A DNA stretch of 57,909 nucleotides, filler included, from Basidioascus undulatus (Eukaryota), in the NCBI GenBank assembly GCA_000826855.1. It is 3 parts of 3 records of this genome, joined end to end, with 100 filler letters (N's around TTAATTAATTAA, not from the genome) between each part and the next. Parts side by side here need not be neighbours in the genome. Positions count along the whole stretch, not along the records: positions 38,688 to 57,909 come from JTLS01000429.1; 2 more parts are not named here. One strand, written 5' to 3'. The position numbers and the translations under genes were made by a program. The notes under the pieces are model-generated. The model was not told the origin of the DNA. It did no database searches and saw only the letters and a list, made by a program, of their open reading frames with translations. How positions within the stretch are numbered: the stretch's first letter is position 1; each line of letters begins with the position of its first letter. Below are positions 49,110-57,909 of the stretch, one piece after another.

Positions 49110-51804
49110 ATGTCACGCCAATCCGCGCCGACCGAGCGCGAGCCCCTCCTGAGAGCGGTTCGCGACGCTCCGCGTGATCCCAACTACAGTTGGATAGATC
49201 CTCGCGGCGCCGTAGGAGTCGCTGAAGGTGTCGAGGTGGGCGGTACTGAGAACGTTCCGAAAACGAAAACATACCGCGGTGGTGTGCGCAGCATGACCCA
49301 CCGATGGCTTGTTCTGTGCGTTCACTCCTCCATATCTATCGACGCTGCCAACACGTTGACACTTAAAACAGAGCGGGCCTGTGGTTATCGAACCTCACAG
49401 TTTCGGCGACTAGTGAGGAAGAGTCGCCCCATGAACTCTGAGAGCAACGCTGAAGTCAGATTTGCTCCTGCAGCTGGCGGAACAGCGACGCTCGTGCCTG
49501 TCATCGCATCCGAGCTCAATGCTGGTCATCTGGCAAGCTGGATCGGTTCGGTCATCTGCTTTCAACCAAAACTGTTCGTTCTAGCTTACGTAGGCTGATT
49601 ACTTCTTTAACCGTCTTGACAGGCACATCCTACCTGTTGGCGACGACGGCCTTTGCTCCGATATGGGGATCCCTCACAGCCATCTACGGACGCCGGAGCG
49701 CCATGCTGACCTGCATCCTCGTTTTTGGTACCTGTTTCGCACTATTTTTTTATCACACAATCTGAAGCCCTCCTGGCAGTCGTCGGGACCTTGGGATGTG
49801 GCGCAAGCCAGACCATGGGACAGTTTCTGGCTGCGAGGGCTATTGCTGGGTAAGTGGCTTTTCTTGAATCGTTCATTCGACGAGCCCAATTGAAAACCGA
49901 ATGCAGCGCCGGCGGTGCCGGAATTCTGACAGGTACTTAATTTTGCTCTGACGACGATGAACGAGATGAAGACTGACGATTGCCGCTGCTCTCAGTCGTT
50001 TCCGTCATCACTACAGGTTTGTTTCCACTTGAAAGTTCGTTAATATGGTAGTTGACCCGCCGTACAGATCTCGTTCCGTTGCGTAGCAGAGCACTGTATC
50101 AAGGAGGTATGACTTTCACGCCACATTGCAGCAGGTGCCAGCTGATTGAGCTTCCGGTACACAGTCATGCTCATTGTATTCGGAATCGGTACCGGAGCCG
50201 GAGCGCCTCTAGCTGGTCTGCTATCCGACCGCCTGAGTAATGGGTGGCGTGTCTCTTTCTATGCGGTGCGTCTTCCAGCAAGCTCGGGAATCGCAAGCAA
50301 CGCTAATAAATACATCATAGCAAGTACCAGTTCTCATTCTCTCGGCGTTGATGACCTACCTCAACCTCCCCACTCTCCCCAACGCCAACACCTCCGCATT
50401 TTCCACTCGGGAGCAACTCGTTCGCGTCGACTTCCTCGGGGCGGCGTCGCTCACCGTGTCTCTCGGAGCGTCCATGCTGGGACTCAACCTCGGGATATCG
50501 AAAGGTTGGGGTGCCACTCCCGTGGTCGCGCTGTTCGTCGCCGGTGTGGTGGCAGCGGTCGTCTTCGTTGTAGCGGAAGTTTGGGTGGCAGCGGAGCCGA
50601 TCCTGCCCATGCGGCTCGTCTTCCAACGCACGCCGGGTTTCGTCCTACTCTGTTGTTTCTTTATTTCAATCGCCAACGCCGCAATGGTGAGTAGCAACAT
50701 CCCTTGGAACGCTGGCAGCAAAGTGCTGACCTCTCACCGTTCTCAGCAATACAACATGTACGTTGCCTTGCCTAAAACTAAAACACCATCGGTCTGAACA
50801 CGCTCTCCAGTCCGCTGTACTTCACGCTCTCGCGTCTCGAGAGTTCCGCCGCTGCCGGTCTTCACCTTCTACCCAACGCGATAGGATCGGCTGTCGGCGC
50901 GCTCTTGGCAGGCTTGTACGTGTTCAATTTTCCCGGTACATTGCCTGTCGCTCCTCGGGCGCTAAAATCTGCACACCAGCGTGATGCGTCATACTGGGCG
51001 GTACTGGATGCTGGTCATCCTCAGCACGCTGCTCATCGTCGTCTCTTCCGTACTCATGGCGACGTGGAGCGATCGGACGCCCCAGTGGCGGTACTGGTTC
51101 GACGTGCTGCCTCTCGGTATCGCCTACAATGCGTCGCTCACATCCACTCTCAGTACATAGCTCACAGTTAATATATTGGCACAGCAGCACACTGACTTCG
51201 ATCTTTATCCCTCAGTCGCCCTCATTTCGAGCGTGAATTACAAGGATGTTCCGGTGCTTGTTGCTGCATCATGTAAGCGTGGATGTGCTTCGGTATTCCG
51301 CGGGATTCCTGATGTTTGGTTTAAACAGATGCTTCGCGGATGGTCGCCTCGACGCTTGGCGTCGCGACCCTGAGCGGCATGGTCTTGCAGCACTTCGTTT
51401 CAACCGAGCTTCACGGGCGGATAACCGGGCCTGACAGTGATAAGGTGAGTTGGGCCAGCATGATCGTATGTCTTTGAGTACCCTGCCCAAGACGGCTTTC
51501 TACAAGATCATCGCCTCGATCACCGCCAACGCAAAAGCCGTCATCCCGAGCTTACCGCCCTCGCTGCGCTACGCTGCGACCACGTCTTAGTGAGGCTTGC
51601 GTTCATTTTCTTTCAATCATTTACAATGCTAATGAATATGAAAACAGCGGACAAGCGTTGCGGACAACATTCGGTGTCACAGCCGCGCTCGCTTTTTTGG
51701 CGGTTCTGTGCTCCCTACCAATTCAGGAGTTCAGTCTCGCGGACGACCGAGGCACTGCAAAGGGGACAGTGGCAGAGCGGCAAGAGGATGAGGGTGAACA
51801 GTAA
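49110..51804 (+). CDS. MFS transporter, DHA2/Vba-like (about 14 TM)
   Basis: EREPLL sorting-like motif, SWIG|TSYLL..APIWGSLTAIYGRRS, FLAARAIA, DLVPLRSRALYQG, GAPLAG..GWR, RVDFLGA, EPILPMRL. Confidence 0.9.
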
Positions 51805-52891
51805 AGGGGCCACTGCGAATAGATCTAGATGCTACATTTTCTCCGATTCATGCTTTTATGCTTGGATGTTCCCTTCGTGCGGTGCGGTGGCCAGTCGGCT
51901 GTCGCAATGGCGGCTGCCCACGTCGTTCAACACGACGTGATACATTCCCCCCAAACCTCGGATCAATTATTCCAACTTATTTTTATGGTTTGTAACCATA
52001 ATCCCAGACCCAATGGCGCGAGGCCGCGGTCTCCATAGTGGTGACCTTGGGCGGCCGGCGGCAAGGCTAGGAGGACAACAAGCAGGCGACCCAAAAGGTG
52101 CTCTTTATACCTTTTGACGCCACGCTCATTGCAATTCACATCTATCTGGATTGGATGGTAGTTTATACTCCAAGTGTTGGAAAGGCACGAACCTGGAGGT
52201 CATCTTCGATTTCTGATGGCTGATTCAAGCTAATGCTCGGCGAGCGGCGTGTTCTGCATGAAGCACAATTTTTGATCATCTTTACAAGTTTGAAAGCTAT
52301 GGGTTCTGAAATAGAAAGAGGTCCCATACTTAGTAATGATTTCCTCATGATGAGCTTCAGCGATGATTATATGCGAGGACAACAGAATTGATGTCCCTTC
52401 CTGTATGAGATGCGGAACTTCTCTGGGGGCTCTCGAACGGCTGGCTGGCCCACGCTAAGGTATCTACATGATCCTGTGATCATTTTATACCCCCCAGAGT
52501 GCTTTTCGGTAGCACTTGCTCCACAGACAGAAGCTGGTGCAGCATCACATGCACATGCCGGCAGCCGCGGTCCGGGGTGCACAAGGGCAATGTCGGTTGG
52601 TCCGCGTTGGCATCGTACCACCATGATATGCAGGGAATAAGCGCGAAAAATCCCCTTATGGGTGTCCGTATTCATCCATACCTTACGTCAGTGTTTGATA
52701 GACGTTGTGCTTCGGGAAACAGTTAAAAGCGCAATGGGGAGGGCACCTAGCCAGTGACAGCTCCGCTCACCCGAGCTCTGATATCCCAGCACTGTCTCTC
52801 AAAACTCCTCCTCCAGCTGTGATCTAATATTCCCGTACATGGTTCGTGAAGCAAACGATAACGGAGCCCGGTCGTTGTGAGCTCACGCGGG

Positions 52892-54060
52892 ATGCATACG
52901 CCAGGGACGCAACATCGCTGCACTGGCAGCAGTTATATGGGCATTGGTGTCTACAGCCACCTCTGCACCGTCCTCGCGTATGTACCGCCCAGAAGAGACC
53001 ATAAAAAGAATATCTTGAATGAGTAACCTGACGATCACACCGTTTCAGTCTTGCCTCCGCTGTACAAGCGGCTCCCGACTGCGGCTATCAAACCGACAGG
53101 GTGGGCGCTCGACCAAGCACATATTCAAGCCGATGGTTTGGCAGGACACACCAAAGACTGGTATAGCTAGTAAGTTTCGTCCTCCGCTTTAAAGAATGGC
53201 AAGCTTAGCATTGATCCGACTTTTTCTCACGTTGCTCTCAGCGTCGAAGGCTCGATCTGGACCGGCGGACCATTGGACTACAACGAGATGCAGGAAGCAG
53301 CACCCTACTGGTTGTGAGTCATGCGAATTACCAGTGCAATAGACACTGCTCCTCTTTTTCAAGGGATATACTTGATTGAGGTTCGACTGATAAACTACGC
53401 GGCACTCAGTAACGGCATTGTCACCCTTGCTTTCCAGCTAGAGGACGAGCGTCTTATCGGCCAGGCAAAATCATTCCTCGACTACATCCTCGAGCACCAG
53501 CAGAGAGACGGATGGATCGGACCAGAGCCGCTCGAAGCCAACGCTACTCGGCTCGTCTGGCCGCGCTACCTTGTCTTGTTCGGGCTCATTGTAAGTCCTC
53601 CTTCTGGCGTGGCTGTTGGAAGTTCTAACCTCAACCATCATTTTCAAATCCCTCAGCAATACGCCGAAGCTGCGCCTGAGGAGACGGAAAGGATCGTCGA
53701 TGCTATGCACCGCTTCGTGGCGCTTGCGCACGACCTCTGGCTTAACGGAGAGCAGGGCGCACCGACTCTTGGCTTCCAGTTCGAATACCAATACGTCCGG
53801 TGGGAAGAAGTAAGACTTTCTCTCCCAACCCTGGGGGTGCAAGCTGGACAGCGCGGCTGATTAGAACCTGTGACCCGTCATCTAGTTTGTTTACTCGCTG
53901 CAATGGCTGTACGACCACTACCCCCGCGGTCAGCCGGTTCGGTCAGTTCGTTTGGTCTACATGCTAACATCCGTATCTTGCAACATCAGGCAAGGAGCCC
54001 GAGCTTCTTGAGACGATGCAGCTAGTCAAAGATGCCGGCTACGATTGGAAGAACGACTGG
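52892..54060 (+). pseudogene. Truncated secreted GH127-like (beta-L-arabinofuranosidase/DUF1680) glycoside hydrolase
   Basis: IKPTGWALDQAHIQADGLAGH, EAAPYW|NGIV, LDYILEHQQRDGWIGP, QYVRWEE, YSLQWLYD. Homology stops at YDWKNDW, and the signal peptide is out of frame with the ATG. Confidence 0.75.
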
Positions 54061-54099
54061 TTACCGAAGCGGCCTTTCCCAAGCTCGCTGTTACTGCCA

Positions 54100-54944
54100 C
54101 AATTATGCACACAAGGCGGCCTCTGCCGAACGAGACTGCCGTTTTACGCCACCCCCTTCGTGAGTACAGTAGGAAATGCTTGGTGGGCTACAGCTTTTCT
54201 TGACGCATATCTTGTACCGCACTACGCGACTACGCTGACAATAGACTTGAACTCGCAGTCGAGTACGTACATCTTCACCCTTTCTTTGGTTCGATGTTCG
54301 CTCTCTCTCATCGACCGACCGTCCTTCTCAGGCCTTTCGCCCTGGGCAGCGACAGCCCCGGCGAGGTCACGGCTGTTTTTGAGCAGAATGTTGCTCGACT
54401 TGCTCTCGCATACGCCGCTCCTATAAGCAAAGCTCAAACCGCCTCGACCGCATTGCGTACCAGCACGCAGCTCGTCTTCGCATACGCGCTCGCGCCGCTC
54501 ATCGCCTTCCTCGCTCTCCTGCTTCTCTACGGCCTCTTGACGGCTTACCTCTTGTTCTGCGCCTTTTCGAGCTCCTCTGAGGGAATTGAGATCTCGACGG
54601 TAGCTGGAAAGATGCGACTCGTCGCCGTGCAGAAGCTCGTGCAATTTCGGTGTTTTTGACTGGCAAAGTTCTTCAAGGTGCTGACGCTCGCAGCGTCTCT
54701 CGAACCCGATCAACATAATCCCCGAGTGTTCCAGCCCGAGAGATCCTCGTCCGCATCTGATATCGCTCTCGCCTCGGTCCAGGACGGCGCATTTGGTCTG
54801 CTGAAGATGGAGCACGTGGATCGTCAGCCGCTCGAAGCCGGTCTACGGGACACTATGAGCGCTACCGGGGACTCGGCTTTCAGTGTACTCTCCCCTGGCT
54901 CCATGCGCAGGCGCGTTACTTCGAGCGTGGGTGGTTCATTGTGA
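54100..54944 (+). pseudogene. 3' part of an unrelated hypothetical membrane protein
   Basis: Coding-like ARLALAYAAP...YALAPLIAFLALLLLYGLLTAYLLFCAF TM segment directly after the GH break point, with no start of its own evident. Confidence 0.4.
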
Positions 54945-56182
54945 GGCGCTGGGACGGGGCTTTGAAGGGCTGAACGTCCACCACATGACTTTTCTTTTCT
55001 GTTCTTCTTCTTGGGCGTCTGTTTCGGTGATTCATATGAGAGCTCGTGCTTTGATCTCGTTCTGCGAAGAAGGTGGCACAAGCGTCTTATTTGAAGTTAT
55101 GATGCATGCTAGCGATCCTGGCACACGGCTGCGCGTCTGACAGGCTGACGCCGCAAGGACGTAGAGGGACGCTTGCCTACAACCTGCTCTTACTAAATAT
55201 TTAATCTGAAAGGAATTCTTATTACCTTTTCCCGACACAGACACAGGTTACAGGAATTTCGTCTGTGAAACAAAATTTCGACAGGCTGGCGGGAGGTGGA
55301 CTCTAGCTCTGCCATTTGCGAAAGAAAACTCGTGCTCATTTGCTCTTACAAACCTTTCAACAATCCAACCGTGTTTATTTTGAAGTTTCAGAAATGTCCC
55401 CGTCGAGCCCTGCTGAGCGCGATACGCCGTCCTCAGTCTGGTCCTAGTCCGGACGAAGACGAACTTGGAAGGACAACAGTCCCGCTGGCGGCGTATGCGT
55501 TTACTGGTGGTGGCGGTGGTGCAGTCGTTTCACAAATCCTTCCAGATTTCAGCTCAGCAAAAGCAGCCTGGGGTAGACAGATGCTCAGTTAAAGCTCAGT
55601 CCTGGTTCGCATGCAGGGGTTGAAAAATTGCGCCGTTCGCAGTATTCAACTTGACACTCGACCTCAGGAATAAAAGCCGTGTACCTAGAATCCATCCAAT
55701 CCCTGGCTCTTCGGTTGGTAAAACTTGATAATGTGGTCGTCCGGCAGTGTCGGAAGTGGCCTCGACGCGTAAGCTCCTTGAACGACAGCCTTAGATCCAG
55801 ATCTTGTGGTTTCGATATCCAGTAACTATGTTCAAGACCAACAACTACAGCTGACAGTCCCGGGCATGCCAACGTGCTTGCGAGTGCGAACGATGCGTGC
55901 AGCGTGCGATGGATTGTGCAGCAGGTATGCGCGGGGCACAGCGGACGAGGAAGCGGATAACCAACTAATACAAGGGTAATCAGCGTGAGCGGGGCCGTCA
56001 TGCGAGTTCGTCAAAGCATGGCGGAGCGTGAAGGGTGACCAGCAGTACTGGTAGCTGGATGGTTGGGATGTATGCGGAGCGTGATAGAACCGACGCGAAA
56101 GAATGAGATAAAGGCAGGCCAAAGGGAGAGTACGCAAGAAAGGCGGTGAACGCGACAGTGCGCGGCACTGCGTTCAGTTGGA

Positions 56183-57860
56183 CTATGCCATCACGTCCGC
56201 CAGGGCCATGGGCACTTCGTGCATCTTGATTTTGAGCGCCTGCACGCCCCACATGAGGTCAGCGCACGGTCGAGGGAGATGTCAGAGCAGTGAGAGTGGA
56301 CGCACATGCTCGATGGTGCGCAGCATCTCGACGTCCCCGCCACCGGCGGTGACGATGGAGATGACGACGCCTGGGCGGGCGTTGCTGGCTGACATGGCGG
56401 GGGCGACGCTGTGGGTGGAAGGGATCGGGTTCAGTATACACCCTCGAATTTTTCAGGAGCGGAGCGAGACGAGATGGACGCACCGGACTGCGTACTCCTC
56501 GACAGACGAGGGCATGCTGAAGTTCACAACGAGCGGGACCTGTTCCAACCCCGTCAATCACCTTCAACTCAAGCCCGACAAGATGGGGAGACGGAGGAGG
56601 GGGGAGACGGACCTGATGCACGTCCGAAGCCTTGATCGGCACGTCGCATGCGACGATGATGGTCGTCTTGCCCGTGGTATTGGGATTCCGGTACTTCGCG
56701 AGCATAGACATGCGCGAGTGCGGGGACATCTCCGCGTTCATGGGGAGGGCGTTGAAGCCCCTTTTCCCCCCCACACATGCCTCCGATGTCAGCATCCCGC
56801 CTGGGCTGAAAAGGAAAGGGGACAAGGAAGAGGAGGGAAGGGTAATGAAGGGGGGGAAACGCACTTCGCAGCCAACCGAAAAACCACCGCGTCGAGCTCC
56901 GCGAGCCCATTGACGTACACTATCGCGTTCGCAGCGCCGAGGTCGTCGAACAGGTCCGTCAGGCTCTCGAGCTTCCAGTCCGGCGCGGAGGGCGAGAGGG
57001 GCGTCATCGGGTCGCTCCTGCACTGCGCGTCCATGTCAGTCAACCCACCTCCGAGTCCTTGCAAGGGAGAGAACGTGCCGTGAGATGGAAGCCCCAACAG
57101 CGATGTAGAGGTAATACTGTCTGTTCCCAACGCGTTCCCATCTCATAAGCGTCCGTCCGCTCCTACCTGTCCCCCTTCCTCTCACCACGTACCTCAGCGC
57201 CCCGACCATCGGCTGCTGCTGCAGCGGCTGCCTCCCCACATGCTGCCTGCCAACCACCGACCCCGGCCCGCCAACCGACGACGCTGCCTCCCCTCCTCCT
57301 GCAGGGGCGATGACGCTCTCCGCCCCGGCCCCGCGCTTGACGAGCACGCGCACCGCGTCGCTCACACCCAGGGCCTTCGCGAACGCAATGACGTCCTGGG
57401 GGACGGTATTGCTGAATAGGGCGGTCGTGTGCTCCTGCGCGGCGAGGGAAGGCTGGGGCGGGAAGTAGCTTCCCACTCCTCCGACGTTCAGTCCCAGGCC
57501 GGAGGACGACGGCGCCGACGAGGGAGGAGGGGGGAAGAAGGGCACGAGCGCGCGCGCGTAGTCCGCCAGCCGGCGCGCAATGACCTGGTCCGCCTCGTCC
57601 ACGACGAATGTCCCCACCGCGCCGGGGTGGAGGGTGGGCGCAGCCCCACCCGAGCCCGCAAAGAGCTCGTACAGCTTCTGCGGCGTGCCGCAGACGACGT
57701 GCGGGTGCTTCCCCGCGCCCGGGCGCGCCCACTCGGAGCGCTCGTACTCGTCCGGCGAGGACCCGGCTGCCAGACCGACGCGGATCCCGAGCGGGTGGCC
57801 GAGCGCGGAGGCGAGGCGGTGCGCTTGCGAAGACTGGTCGACGGTGGCCGCTGTGGGGCA
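56183..57860 (-). CDS. eIF4A-like DEAD-box protein with degenerate helicase motifs (5' end outside window)
   Basis: VVCGTPQKL, FVVDEADQ, ALFSNT, LR|QYYLY, WKLESLTDLFD, AIVYVN, VPLVVNFSMPSSVEEYAVR|VAPA. Confidence 0.85.
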
Positions 57861-57909
57861 CGGGAAGGGGTGAGCGGGGAGGTAGGAGGGGGAGAGGGGG
57901 AGATCGGAA

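Noticed and set aside
1..57909. tRNA, rRNA, CRISPR arrays, intact transposase or reverse transcriptase, programmed frameshifting
   Set aside because: None recognised by eye. The frameshifts are multiple, lack a shared slippery motif and co-occur with truncations, so decay or sequencing error is the simpler explanation.

Overview
Intron-rich, GC-rich basidiomycete fungal DNA (GT/GC-AG introns with CTRAC-type branch points; Pucciniomycotina-like is an inference only). It consists of three contigs joined by artificial N-TTAATTAATTAA-N spacers at about 19260-19359 and 38588-38687. Genes that look intact where I read them: PP2A activator (PTPA/RRD2), a ubiquitin E2 ending in a SUMO-interacting-motif-like tail, CDC37, a GATA factor with a 16-residue finger loop, a divergent Cul4-like cullin, an SDR, a Cys-rich type-I membrane protein, mitochondrial SSB (RIM1), PRP31, an FAD monooxygenase, a Gfo/Idh/MocA oxidoreductase, an MFS transporter and a degenerate eIF4A-like DEAD-box protein. 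Between them lie many decayed accessory genes and orphan fragments: secreted isochorismatase-like, full-size ABCG, Aurora kinase N-lobe, secreted Cys protein, DUF6924-like, MYND, CocE/NonD and GH127-like. There is also a CpG-free tract and a possible MITE. All gene models were spliced by eye and family calls come from motif recall, not database searches. I found no convincing multi-gene novel system; the strongest signals are selective gene decay and several atypical proteins.
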